Shown: positions 1 through 9,965 of the stretch, piece by piece | How the letters are laid out: every line of letters begins with the position of its first letter | How positions within the stretch are numbered: position 1 is the first letter of the stretch | NCBI GenBank assembly: GCA_026004395.1 | Contig: BPJB01000001.1 | Location: 455,343 to 519,342, forward strand | Reading direction: 5' to 3' | Source of the DNA: Patescibacteria group bacterium | Lineage (GTDB): Bacteria > Patescibacteriota > Microgenomatia > Levybacterales > UBA12049 | Length of the DNA stretch: 64,000 bases | The notes under the pieces: model-generated | Database searches by the model: none | The model's input: only the letters and a program-made list of their open reading frames with translations | What the model was told of the DNA's origin: nothing | Made by a program: the position numbers and the translations under genes

Positions 1-1073
1 CTCATATCTTTGCATCTATAGGAGGAAGCCAAATCGAGAGTCAGAATTCTCGAGGGGTTGTTGCTGTTTCTACTCCTCAAGGAGAAATTACCCAATCTGA
101 TCTTATACGTGTTATTGATGCAGCAAAAGCTATATCACTTCCTTCAACACGAGAGATTATCCATGTTCTTCCGCGAAATTATATTGTAGATGGTCAAGAA
201 GGAATAAAAGATCCAATTGGTATGTCTGGAGTAAGATTGGAGGTAGATACGCACATCATAACAGCCAATAGCATTGCTGTTAGAAACCTTGATAAAGCTT
301 TTTCAGAGGTTGGAGTGGACGTTGATGGATATGTATTCAATGGTTACGCAAGTTCTCTTTCAGTTCTTTCTGAAACAGAACGAGAGCTAGGAGTTGTTTT
401 GGTGGATATAGGAGCTGGCACTACAGATATTTCAATTTATACAGAAGGTTCGGTTGCCTACTCATCAGTTCTTGCAATTGGAGCACGGCATATTACAAAT
501 GATCTTGCGATTGGTCTTCGGATTTCATTGGAGAGTGCTGAAAAGATAAAACTTTTCCTTTCTCAACAGGCAAATAAGCGTATTGTTCGTCCAGAGATTG
601 ATGAAGAAAAGAAAGAAACTAAAACAAGTGATGAAATAGATCTTTCTGCTTTAAACCTGCCGGAAGAAGTAAGAAAGGTATCCTATAAAACACTTGTTGA
701 TGGCATTATAAGACCTCGCCTGAATGAGATATTTACTATGGTAGGTATTGAGATAAAAAAGAGCGGTTATGGTGGACAAACTCCAGCGGGACTTGTGATA
801 ACTGGAGGAGGAGCATTGACAGTTGGGATAAAAGATGCTGCCAAAAGAATGCTTGCAATGCCTGTGAGAATAGGCATGCCAACAGATATGAAAGGGATTA
901 TTGATGAGATACAAAATCCTGCTTATGCCACAGTTGTAGGTCTTCTGATGTATGGAGCAAAAAATGATGTGAGGCATTCCTCAACGCCTTTTGGATTCTC
1001 AATGCCCAAAATTGGAGGATCAAATCAAATGCTAAGAAAAATACTTGAGATTATTAAATCTTTTATCCCATGA
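1..1073 (+). CDS. ftsA: Cell division protein FtsA, 5'-truncated at window edge (frame 3 is open from nt 3; annotated ORF 222..1073 is an internal Met)
   Basis: Frame-3 translation from nt 3 reads ...VVAVSTPQGEITQSDLIRVIDAAKAISLP...DIGAGTTDISIY..., an actin-like ATPase/FtsA C-terminal region. It lies directly upstream of ftsZ. Confidence 0.85.
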   Translation, partial: HIFASIGGSQIESQNSRGVVAVSTPQGEITQSDLIRVIDAAKAISLPSTREIIHVLPRNYIVDGQEGIKDPIGMSGVRLEVDTHIITANSIAVRNLDKAFSEVGVDVDGYVFNGYASSLSVLSETERELGVVLVDIGAGTTDISIYTEGSVAYSSVLAIGARHITNDLAIGLRISLESAEKIKLFLSQQANKRIVRPEIDEEKKETKTSDEIDLSALNLPEEVRKVSYKTLVDGIIRPRLNEIFTMVGIEIKKSGYGGQTPAGLVITGGGALTVGIKDAAKRMLAMPVRIGMPTDMKGIIDEIQNPAYATVVGLLMYGAKNDVRHSSTPFGFSMPKIGGSNQMLRKILEIIKSFIP

Positions 1074-1133
1074 ATACTTTATTGCTTTTAACTTCTTGCA
1101 ATTGTATACTATATCTGATAGGATTGACCCACA

Positions 1134-2312
1134 ATGCTCATTAGGCCTCAAACCTCAAATTTTGCAAAAATTCGCGTTATAGGAGTGGGTGGTGGAGGCG
1201 GAAATGCAATAGCTTCCATGGTATCCCAAAATGCTATACAAGGTGTTGACTTCGTTGCCATCAATACAGATGCACAGGCTCTTCTGCGCAATCCGGCTAC
1301 TACGAAAATTCAAATTGGTGAAAATCTGACACGGGGACTTGGATCAGGAGGAGATCCTGAGATTGGTCGTCAGGCTGCAGAGGAGTCAGCAGAAAAAATC
1401 AAAGATTTTATTGAGGGATCAGATATGGTTTTCCTAACTGCTGGCATGGGGGGTGGATCAGGAACTGGAGCGACTCCTGTTATTGCAAAAATTGCTAAAG
1501 AGGTAGGAGCTCTCACAGTCGCTGTCGTTACTAAACCATTTGCATTTGAAGGTACAAGAAGAATGGTCACAGCAGAGGAAGGAATTGAGAATCTGAAAGA
1601 TAAAGTAGATACATTAATCGTCATCCCAAATCAGCGCATTATGGATGTTGTCGACCGTAAGCTTTCTCTACTTGAGGCATTCAAGGTAGCTGATTCAGTT
1701 CTTTCTCAAGGAGTTCAAGGAATATCAGAGATTATTACACTTCCAGGTCTTATCAATGTTGATTTTGCAGATGTGCGTACAATTATGTCTAATGCTGGAT
1801 CAGCTTTGATGGGTATAGGAACTGGTATTGGAGAAAATAGAGCTCAAGCGGCTGCACGAGCTGCTATTGCTTCACCTTTACTGGAAATTAGTATGGAAGG
1901 TGCAAGAGGAGTATTATTTAATATCGTTGGAGGACCAGACCTTACAATGGCTGAGGTTGATGAAGCTGCGAAGATCATTTCCAGTTCGGCAGATTCGGAT
2001 GCCAATATCATTTTTGGAGCCACCATTGATGAATCAATGCATGATCAAATCAGAATCACTGTTGTCGCAACAGGTTTTGATCAGACCAAGCAGAGACTTC
2101 AGCAACTGATGACACCTTCCCAATTCCAACGTCAAATACCTGAGGTAAGAGAATATAACAACACTTCTGAGAATAATAACAATCCTTATCAAAATCAATC
2201 TCAACAAACAACACAACAATCAGATCCTCTAAAACAGACACTTACAGGGCAAAAACAAGACACTGAAGAAGATGAATGGGATATCCCTGCATTCTTGCGT
2301 CAGAGAAATTAA
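1134..2312 (+). CDS. ftsZ: Cell division GTPase FtsZ with Q/N-rich C-terminal linker
   Basis: Tubulin signature GVGGGGGNA and the FtsZ core ([22 protein letters not shown]); 392 aa. Confidence 0.95.
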   Translation: MLIRPQTSNFAKIRVIGVGGGGGNAIASMVSQNAIQGVDFVAINTDAQALLRNPATTKIQIGENLTRGLGSGGDPEIGRQAAEESAEKIKDFIEGSDMVFLTAGMGGGSGTGATPVIAKIAKEVGALTVAVVTKPFAFEGTRRMVTAEEGIENLKDKVDTLIVIPNQRIMDVVDRKLSLLEAFKVADSVLSQGVQGISEIITLPGLINVDFADVRTIMSNAGSALMGIGTGIGENRAQAAARAAIASPLLEISMEGARGVLFNIVGGPDLTMAEVDEAAKIISSSADSDANIIFGATIDESMHDQIRITVVATGFDQTKQRLQQLMTPSQFQRQIPEVREYNNTSENNNNPYQNQSQQTTQQSDPLKQTLTGQKQDTEEDEWDIPAFLRQRN

Positions 2313-2386
2313 GATCTACTAAGAGAGAATCTCTAAGTAGAATTATTTCTACAGCAGAGAAACTAATTCAAAGAAATTACATTACA

Positions 2387-2412
2387 TAAAAGCGCTGATG
2401 AAGCGTTTTATA
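2387..2412 (+). terminator. Possible weak rho-independent terminator after ftsZ (aaaagcgc-tgatgaa-gcgtttt followed by T-rich stretch)
   Basis: Imperfect GC-containing hairpin followed by tttatattt in the 340-bp gap downstream of ftsZ. Confidence 0.25.
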
Positions 2413-2652
2413 TTTGATTAAAATTTGATAAGTTTAGTCAGTTTTTTATTTTCTAGATTATCTAATTCACTTGTTCAGTTAGATTTTACTTTTTCTTGTT
2501 TTCCTTTTTGAATGGGATAGGGTTAGTGGATTGATGTTTTTCACGCATAGAAGCAACATAAATTTAATTAAATCAGAAGATAGATTTAAAATTGAGGACA
2601 GAGAACTGATAATTCTTATATGTTATAGTATATTTAAGATCAAGTTTTATTC

Positions 2653-4071
2653 ATGAATTCATATTCCTCTAATTTTTTCAAAAAGAAAACTGTCCACAAT
2701 TATATTGCAATTTTTTCAACTTTTCTTTTTGCTTTAGTGGGGAGCATTGTTTCATTAATAAGATACTGGCAGTATGAAGTTTATTATTTTGATTTTGGTA
2801 TCTTCGATCAAGCTATCTGGGAAGTTGCTCATTTCAGACTTCCTCTGATAGAACACTTTATTCCAGGAATACAAGGTAAAATAATTTTTGCGGATCATTT
2901 TAATCCCAGTATTTTTTTCCTCTCTCCAGTTTATTGGTTTACTGACAGAAGTGAAGCTCTTCTTATAGCTCAAGCAGTTATAGCTGCTTTAAGCGGATAT
3001 ATTCTCTATAGAATTTCGCTTGAAGTCATAAAAAACTCATTTATTTCTTTAGCAATTATGTTGTGTTACTTTCTTTTTGTAGGTCTTCAGAATGCTGTTA
3101 TCACCGAGTTTCATGAGTTGACAATCATGACGCTACCTCTGACACTGCTTTGGTGGAGTGTAATAAAGAAAAAAATTTGGACATATTTTTTATTACTTAT
3201 AATCACTCTTGGGTTTAAGGAATCCCTTTTTTCTTTAGGTATAGGAGTAGGTATTGCGATTTTTATTTTATATAAAAATTGGCGAAAAATTGCAGTGATG
3301 ACAATAATCATATCTTTGATATGGGGAATAGCAGCAATTAAGCTGTTAATTCCATACTTTTCAGGGGGAAGTTATCTTTATTCACCTAAACTTCCAGATA
3401 CAATTTCTGGAATGCTTTTGTCTTTAATTAATGAAGAGGAAAAGAGGAGGACATTATTTTTTAGTTTTGCAAGTTTTGGATTTTTGCCTTTATTTTCTCC
3501 CGCATTTTATCTTACTATGCTTCAAGATTATGCTCTTAGGTTTATGCCGGAAGGATTTTGGACTCGATGGGGTCTTGGGATGCATTACAATGCACAGTCT
3601 GCTGTCATCTTAGCTTTATCATCAACTTATGGAGTAAATTTTATATTAAGATACAAGATAATAAAGCAATATTTATTACATTTAGCGATATTTTTAGTGT
3701 TTTTCGCTTTATTTTTGAATTTTAAAATTCTTCGAGGGCCATACAATCTTATATATAATCCTGCATTTTATAATCACACTAAGAATTTTTCCTATCTTAA
3801 TCAACTGATTGCAAGAGTTCCTAAAAAATCTACAGTTATGACCCAAAATGTCCTTGCATCTCGCTTCACACATCAAAAAGTTTGGTTGTTAAGTATGAAT
3901 TACCAAAAATTTAGACCAGAATATATTCTTATAGATTTTCGTCAAGGACAAAACCCCAATAATTTTTTTGGTACACCAAATGCATATGAAATCTATCTTG
4001 CGTTACTCAATGATCCTACCTATTCAGTTTATTATCAACAAGGCGAACAGGTAATTTTCAAAAGTAAATAA
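2653..4071 (+). CDS. Large polytopic integral membrane protein (>=10 predicted TM segments), function unknown, possibly glycosyltransferase-like/DUF-type
   Basis: 472 aa, highly hydrophobic with many aromatic-rich TM helices; no soluble catalytic motif recognised. Confidence 0.4.
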   Translation: MNSYSSNFFKKKTVHNYIAIFSTFLFALVGSIVSLIRYWQYEVYYFDFGIFDQAIWEVAHFRLPLIEHFIPGIQGKIIFADHFNPSIFFLSPVYWFTDRSEALLIAQAVIAALSGYILYRISLEVIKNSFISLAIMLCYFLFVGLQNAVITEFHELTIMTLPLTLLWWSVIKKKIWTYFLLLIITLGFKESLFSLGIGVGIAIFILYKNWRKIAVMTIIISLIWGIAAIKLLIPYFSGGSYLYSPKLPDTISGMLLSLINEEEKRRTLFFSFASFGFLPLFSPAFYLTMLQDYALRFMPEGFWTRWGLGMHYNAQSAVILALSSTYGVNFILRYKIIKQYLLHLAIFLVFFALFLNFKILRGPYNLIYNPAFYNHTKNFSYLNQLIARVPKKSTVMTQNVLASRFTHQKVWLLSMNYQKFRPEYILIDFRQGQNPNNFFGTPNAYEIYLALLNDPTYSVYYQQGEQVIFKSK

Positions 4072-4196
4072 AAGTAAATAAGCTTTTGAAGGATGTTATC
4101 TATTAAATCTTCTAAGAATTTCATCAATTATTTTACTAACTATAAATTTTTATTTTTATCATTAAACCACTGATAAAAATTAAGTTCTTAAAAAAA

Positions 4197-5438
4197 CTAG
4201 ATACCCAAAAAATGTCCCAATCCTCCAAGGAGAGCGCCAATAGTTATGATTATTCCTGAGGAAATAAGTAGTATATTTTGTAATTTTGTATTTTTATATT
4301 TACCCATAAGTTCTTCGTTGTTAGCAATTTTATAGAGAAAAAAGAAGATAACAGGTAGAAATAAACCATTCAGAAAGTCAGCTAATATAGTAAATTGGAA
4401 TAGTTGAAATTGAGGAAGAAGTGTAAAAAACATACCAATAATAATCTGAGTGAAAAAAATCCCGTAAAATAGTTTACTTTTATTAAAATCGACATCAAGG
4501 CTTCCTTCATACCCAAAAAACTCAGAAAAAGCATATGCAGTTGCTAAGGGTACTATGGCTGCTCCCATAAATCCTGCAATAATCAGGCCCGCACCAAAGA
4601 GTGCACTTGCAAATTCTCCAGCAAATGGTTTGATTGCCAGTGCGGCTGATGCGGCATCATTTATTTTAATATGATTTATCCAAAGAGTTGAAATAACTGC
4701 TATCATCATAAGCATTGAAACAGCATTTGTTAAAAAACCACCTACATACATTTCCAACTGATTTATTTTTAATTTATCAATGCTAATTTTTTTATCTTTT
4801 ACATAGCTGTTGATAAAAAACTGACCCCATGCAGTTACTGTTGTTCCTAGTACAGCAATTGCTGTATATAAGTAATTAAAGTTTATATGTTCATAAGGAA
4901 TTATTATTGATTTAAAATGAAGTTTCCAATCAGGCTTTGCCAGAATTGCAGAAAATAAATATGCAATATAAAAAAAAGTTAGAAGCAAAAAAAATTTTTC
5001 AATCTTTGCATAAGAAGTTCTGGTAATAAAATATAAAAGTCCTAATAGGATAAGTGGGAGGAAAATAAAAATATTAATATTAAATAACTCTAGACCTGCT
5101 TTTAATCCTCCAATATCTTGTAATATAACAGCAAAGTTTACCAATGATAATAAGAAAAAGATAAGAAGTGAAATTCGTATGCCATAGCGTTCTCGAATTA
5201 AATCAGCTAATCCTTTTCCAGTAACAACTGCAATCCTTCCGCCTATTTCTTGACTAATAATTAGAATAAGAGTAATAGGTATGAATGTAAGGTGGATGTT
5301 ATATCCAAACTTTGCCGCAGCTACAGAGTATGTTGCTACACCCCCTGCATCATTATCAGCAAATGCTGTAATAATTCCAGGACCTATTACAGCAAGTATT
5401 ATCAATAATTTAATTTTTAGAGAATTTAAAAAATTCAT
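4197..5438 (-). CDS. Nramp-family permease with non-canonical metal site (NRMT-like, putative Mg2+ transporter rather than Mn2+/Fe2+ MntH)
   Basis: N-terminal Nramp signature IGPGIITAFADNDAGGVATYSVAAAKFGY (canonical ...DPGN...QAGAQFGY); TM6 region AVLGTTVTAWGQFF aligns to canonical GATVMPHNLYL. Asp is retained, Asn becomes Gly, MPH becomes TAW. 413 aa polytopic. Confidence 0.75.
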   Translation of the reverse strand: MNFLNSLKIKLLIILAVIGPGIITAFADNDAGGVATYSVAAAKFGYNIHLTFIPITLILIISQEIGGRIAVVTGKGLADLIRERYGIRISLLIFFLLSLVNFAVILQDIGGLKAGLELFNINIFIFLPLILLGLLYFITRTSYAKIEKFFLLLTFFYIAYLFSAILAKPDWKLHFKSIIIPYEHINFNYLYTAIAVLGTTVTAWGQFFINSYVKDKKISIDKLKINQLEMYVGGFLTNAVSMLMMIAVISTLWINHIKINDAASAALAIKPFAGEFASALFGAGLIIAGFMGAAIVPLATAYAFSEFFGYEGSLDVDFNKSKLFYGIFFTQIIIGMFFTLLPQFQLFQFTILADFLNGLFLPVIFFFLYKIANNEELMGKYKNTKLQNILLISSGIIITIGALLGGLGHFLGI

Positions 5439-6655
5439 AATTTTTCAATAATATCTTCGACTAAATCATCATAAGTTACTATACCAATCATTTTTTGGTT
5501 ATCTTCAATGACAGGTAAAGCATATAATTTGTAGCGAAAAAGTTTTTTAATTGCGATCTCTTTTGGGGTAGTGAGATGGATAACTACTACATTTTGTTTC
5601 ATAATAGTATGTATTGGTGTATTATGAGGTTTGGTAATTAGTTCTGATAAATTTAATACTCCGACAAGTTCTTCATTTTTATTTACAACATAAATATATG
5701 CTGAAAAATGTGAGTTAGTAATTTTATTTTTAAACTTTACAATTGCAGATCCTACCGTATCATCGGCAGAAATTGTAATAAATTTGGAATTAATTAATTC
5801 GCCAATTAGAGTTTTTGAATATTTAATCAATTTATATATTTCTTTTCTTGTTTTTTCTGAAACAAGATTGAGTATCTCTTCTCGTTTTTCTTTTGTCAAA
5901 GCTAATAAAATATCTACTGCTTCATCGGGATCAAGATGTTCTATAATCTTTGCATTTTTTTCTGAAGGAAATCTCTTAAATAATGATGTTTGGTAATTTA
6001 CGTTTAAATCAGAAATAACATCGGCTGCAAATTTGTCTTCAAAATTTGTAATAATTTTGTCAACATTGCGTATATTTGTTTTTTCAAGATAAATCGCCAA
6101 ATCTTCAGGCCGCATTCGTTCGAGCTCCTCAATTGATTTTTTAAGCTTTACTTTTCCTGAAGAAAGTTCTATGGGTTCAATATCTCCCCATGATAAAAAG
6201 TGTGGATGGGAATAGATTCCCAGTAATCTATAGAATGGTAAAGCAAATTTTTCAAGACCAATCCAGCGTAAAATACCTCTAATGCCAATATCAACACCGG
6301 ATATATAATATTTGTTTTTATCATCTTTGTACTGAATTGCTACATCATTGACACGAACAACTTTGCCACCTTTAACATCAATGATTTGTTTATCTAAAAG
6401 ATTTTTAACTATGTATAATTCGTTTTCTTGACCATTTTCAATAATCTTATATTCAGGACTGATATTGATTACCTTATCTATTCTCTGGACGAATTCAATA
6501 GGAATTATGATTTTTTTCTTGTTAGAAGTTTTTATAATTATTTTTGTAATAATAGGAGCTTCACTTGCTAAAAAAATAATATCAGTAAGATTACCAATAT
6601 ATGTATCATTTTGAGTGATGACTTTTTTATTTTTGAGTTCTGAAAAGTAGAACAT
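5435..6655 (-). CDS. Soluble MgtE-type cytoplasmic sensor: PRC-barrel-like N-term + MgtE_N domain + CBS pair, no transmembrane domain
   Basis: MgtE_N-like helical region (RPEDLAIYLEKT...HLDPDEAVDILLAL...KREEILNLVSEKTRKEIYKLIKY) followed by two CBS motifs to the C-terminus (..VTYDDLVEDIIEKL). No hydrophobic segments. The stop overlaps the downstream Nramp start by 4 nt (ATGA). Confidence 0.65.
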   Translation of the reverse strand: MFYFSELKNKKVITQNDTYIGNLTDIIFLASEAPIITKIIIKTSNKKKIIIPIEFVQRIDKVINISPEYKIIENGQENELYIVKNLLDKQIIDVKGGKVVRVNDVAIQYKDDKNKYYISGVDIGIRGILRWIGLEKFALPFYRLLGIYSHPHFLSWGDIEPIELSSGKVKLKKSIEELERMRPEDLAIYLEKTNIRNVDKIITNFEDKFAADVISDLNVNYQTSLFKRFPSEKNAKIIEHLDPDEAVDILLALTKEKREEILNLVSEKTRKEIYKLIKYSKTLIGELINSKFITISADDTVGSAIVKFKNKITNSHFSAYIYVVNKNEELVGVLNLSELITKPHNTPIHTIMKQNVVVIHLTTPKEIAIKKLFRYKLYALPVIEDNQKMIGIVTYDDLVEDIIEKL

Positions 6656-7145
6656 ACACTTTCTTCAACAGGCAAATATCTATGGAATATAAGAAGGCAT
6701 ATTCTATATAAATGGTAGATTTTATAAAATCATCAGTATTTTTAGAGAATAGCTAATATTCCCAAGTTTATTCTCTCCTTTTTATATAACAATTGTCTTC
6801 CTATATCTAATTGAAGTTTAGTCTTCATTTTTGTTCATTGTCAAGGAGTAATTATATCTAGATCAAAATATTGAGGAGTTGCAGTATTGATAATATTAAT
6901 TTAAGCATTATTGGCTGAATGTGATTTGCGAATATGAAGATAGAGTTATATATAAAAGTGAATTATTTACTTAATAAAGCTTTGTTATGATTATTCTAAA
7001 AGATTGATCAAGACAACTATTGTAATGAAATTAAAATTTGCAAATAAGAAAATTTAGTACATATATTCCTAATTTTAGAAATCTAGGAGTATATATACAT
7101 ATTTAATTTGTTGAACAAATCAATGATTTGAGTTAAAATTGATTT

Positions 7146-9965
7146 ATGTTTAAGAGCGTTTCGCCGAATGTAGTTTTTCCAGATCTTGAAAATAAGATTC
7201 TTAAGTTTTGGAAAGAGAAAAAAATTTTTGAAAAATCGATTACCTCTCGTCCTAAAAATAAAAAATGGACGTTTTTGGATGGCCCACCGTTTGTAACAGG
7301 GATGCCTCATTATGGACATCTACTTGGAAGTATACACAAGGATCTTTTTGGTAGATACTGGACAATGAAAGGTTATCGCGTACGCAGGGTTTGGGGATGG
7401 GATGGTCATGGTCTTCCTATTGAAAATAAGGTTGAAGGAAAACTCAATATAAAACGAAAAAAAGATATCGAAAGAGTTGTTGGTATCAAACGATTTATTG
7501 AAGAATGTAAAAAGTATGTCGAAAATGTATCTTCAGAGTGGGAATGGTATGTAGATCATGTAGGTAGATGGGTCGATTTTAAGAATGCCTATAAAACATG
7601 GGATATCAAATACATGGAATCTGTAATGTGGGTCTTTAAACAGATGTATGATAAGGGGCATATATATAAAGGATTAAAGGTAACTCTTTATTGTCCTCAT
7701 TGTGCGACGCCAATCTCTAATTTTGAAGTAGCTATGGATCCCGATAATTATAAAGAAGTTGCAGATTTTGGGACAACATATAAGTATCAACTTGAAGATG
7801 ATAAGGATATTTTTATTCTTGCATGGTCAACTACACCTTGGAACAAGATTGTGACTCCTGCATTGGCTGTCAATCCAAAGATTATGTATGTAAAAGTAAA
7901 GCAAGGGGATCAATACTATATTCTAGCAAAATCAGCAACAAATATGCTCAAGAGAGAACCAAAGTATAAAATCATAGAAGAGTTTTCAGGAGAAAAATTG
8001 GTGGGTAAGAAGTTTGTGCCTCACTATAATTATTACCCAATTGAAAAAGGAGAAAAAGCATTTGAAGTAATTGCTGGTGATTTTGTTACAGCAGAGGAGG
8101 GTACCGGAGTTGTTACTATTGCTGCATACGGAGAGGAAGACTTAAAGGTAATGCAGGAACAAAATGTACATATTGAGTTGCATCTTGATGAAGAAGGTGT
8201 GGTTAAAGAGAATGTGCCTCTGTTTGGAGGAATGTACTACTTGGATGCTAATAAAGCTGTAAATGAAGATCTGGACAAACGAGGTCTTATTTACAAAGAT
8301 GAACAGATCATTCACAATGTTCCACTTTGTTGGCGATGCCACACAAGGCTTTATTATGCACCTATAAACGCATGGTATGTAAACGTTCAAAATTTGAAAG
8401 AATTAATGAAACGAACAAATGAAAGAGTTAATTGGTTTCCCAAACATTTCAAATATGGTAGATTTTTAAAAAGTCTTGAAAATGCACCTGATTGGAATAT
8501 TTCTCGCAATAGATATTGGGGATCACCAGTTCCAGTATGGGAATGTAAATGTGGAGAAAGATTTGTTCCAGGATCAATAAAAGAGCTAGAAAATGTTTCG
8601 GGACAAAAAATTACTGATCTGCATAAACCGGACATTGACGAGGTGACAGTGACTTGTCAAAAATGTGGAAATAAGGTACGTCGTGTTCCAGAGGTACTTG
8701 ATAGTTGGATAGAAGCTGGGTCAGCATCTTTTGCAGAACGACATTATCCATTTGAAGGAGATGAAAAACTAGAGGATTTTTTTCCAGCTGATTTTATAGC
8801 TGAGTATACAGGTCAGATCCGTGCATGGTTTTATGTACTACATGTTATAGGTGCAGCACTTTTTCAATCAGAAGCATTTAAGAATGTTTGTGTTGAAGGA
8901 GTAATACTGGGAACTGATGGCCGTAAAATGAGTAAAAATCTTGGGAATTATCCAGATCCCAAAGAACTACTGCAAAAATATGGGGGAGATGCACTTAGAT
9001 TATATCTTATGGATAGTCCAGTAATGCATGGAGAAGATATTATTATTTCAGAAGAACAATACAAAAACCAAGTAAGAGGGATGATGCTTATTCTTTGGAA
9101 TGTCTATAACTTCTTTATCACTAATGCAAATCTTGATAAATGGGAGCCTCAAAAATATACCAAAGAATATTTAAGCATTCTTGATCAGTGGATACTCTCA
9201 CGTCTTAATAACCTTATAAAGGATGTTACACGTAATCTTGATGGTTATGATACGATAGCAGCAATTGATCAGATAAAAAAATTTATTGATGATCTTTCAA
9301 CATGGTACATCAGAAGAAGCAGGGAAAGAGTTGGGGTTGCAGCAGAAGATAAAAAAGATAAAGATGCATTTTACAATACATCGTATGAGGTTTTGATTAC
9401 TTTGAGTAAACTTCTTGCTCCGATTACACCTTTTCTTGCAGAATCAATTTTCCTAAATCTTACGAACAAAGAATCAGTTCATTTGGAGTTTTGGCCCACA
9501 TTTGATAAGTCCCGAATAAATAACTCTCTTGAGCGACAAATGGAAAAAATAAGAAAAATTGTTGAGGTAGGACATGCAAAAAGAAAAGAGTTGGGAATAA
9601 AAGTTAGACAACCTTTGGCAAAAGCAATAATAACAGTAAAAGGTAAAGATGAATTTATGGATGTATTGAATTACTTAATTAAAGATGAATTAAATGTTAA
9701 AAATATTGAATTCAAAGAAGGTAAGGATGAGATTTATGTAGAATTTGATACCCAACTAACGGAAGATCTAATTGAAGAAGGTAGGTCTCGCGAAATTATT
9801 CGTATGATTCAGGAGGAAAGGAAACGCTTGGGTACAGCTCAAAACGAACCAATAGATGTTGTCTTACCTGATTGGCCAAAGTCATTTGAGAACATAATAA
9901 AGAAAAAGACTCTAATAAGACATCTGACAAAAGGCGATTTATTAGAAGTAAAGAGAATCTCATGA
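7146..9965 (+). CDS. ileS: Isoleucyl-tRNA synthetase, type 2 (eukaryote/archaeal-like), compact 939 aa
   Basis: N-terminal FLDGPPFVTGMPHYGH (type-2 IleRS HYGH motif), KMSKNLGN (KMSKS) and a class Ia editing/CP1-like insert. ValRS was rejected because it lacks the PPNVTG..HMGH pattern. Confidence 0.75.
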   Translation: MFKSVSPNVVFPDLENKILKFWKEKKIFEKSITSRPKNKKWTFLDGPPFVTGMPHYGHLLGSIHKDLFGRYWTMKGYRVRRVWGWDGHGLPIENKVEGKLNIKRKKDIERVVGIKRFIEECKKYVENVSSEWEWYVDHVGRWVDFKNAYKTWDIKYMESVMWVFKQMYDKGHIYKGLKVTLYCPHCATPISNFEVAMDPDNYKEVADFGTTYKYQLEDDKDIFILAWSTTPWNKIVTPALAVNPKIMYVKVKQGDQYYILAKSATNMLKREPKYKIIEEFSGEKLVGKKFVPHYNYYPIEKGEKAFEVIAGDFVTAEEGTGVVTIAAYGEEDLKVMQEQNVHIELHLDEEGVVKENVPLFGGMYYLDANKAVNEDLDKRGLIYKDEQIIHNVPLCWRCHTRLYYAPINAWYVNVQNLKELMKRTNERVNWFPKHFKYGRFLKSLENAPDWNISRNRYWGSPVPVWECKCGERFVPGSIKELENVSGQKITDLHKPDIDEVTVTCQKCGNKVRRVPEVLDSWIEAGSASFAERHYPFEGDEKLEDFFPADFIAEYTGQIRAWFYVLHVIGAALFQSEAFKNVCVEGVILGTDGRKMSKNLGNYPDPKELLQKYGGDALRLYLMDSPVMHGEDIIISEEQYKNQVRGMMLILWNVYNFFITNANLDKWEPQKYTKEYLSILDQWILSRLNNLIKDVTRNLDGYDTIAAIDQIKKFIDDLSTWYIRRSRERVGVAAEDKKDKDAFYNTSYEVLITLSKLLAPITPFLAESIFLNLTNKESVHLEFWPTFDKSRINNSLERQMEKIRKIVEVGHAKRKELGIKVRQPLAKAIITVKGKDEFMDVLNYLIKDELNVKNIEFKEGKDEIYVEFDTQLTEDLIEEGRSREIIRMIQEERKRLGTAQNEPIDVVLPDWPKSFENIIKKKTLIRHLTKGDLLEVKRIS

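Noticed and set aside
651-2241. Antisense or alternative-frame ORFs inside ftsA/ftsZ (651..977-, 1370..1624-, 1828..2109+, 1844..2026-, 2034..2219-, 2056..2241-).
   Set aside because: They lie entirely within well-supported ftsA/ftsZ coding sequence and have low-complexity or odd composition. They are typical spurious ORFs of the opposite strand.
6656-7145. Looked for a T-box leader upstream of ileS and an M-box (ykoK) riboswitch upstream of the MgtE-like/Nramp operon.
   Set aside because: Neither the T-box consensus (AATTAGGGTGGTACCGCG-like) nor M-box core sequences are present. Only generic hairpins were found, reported separately as a low-interest finding.
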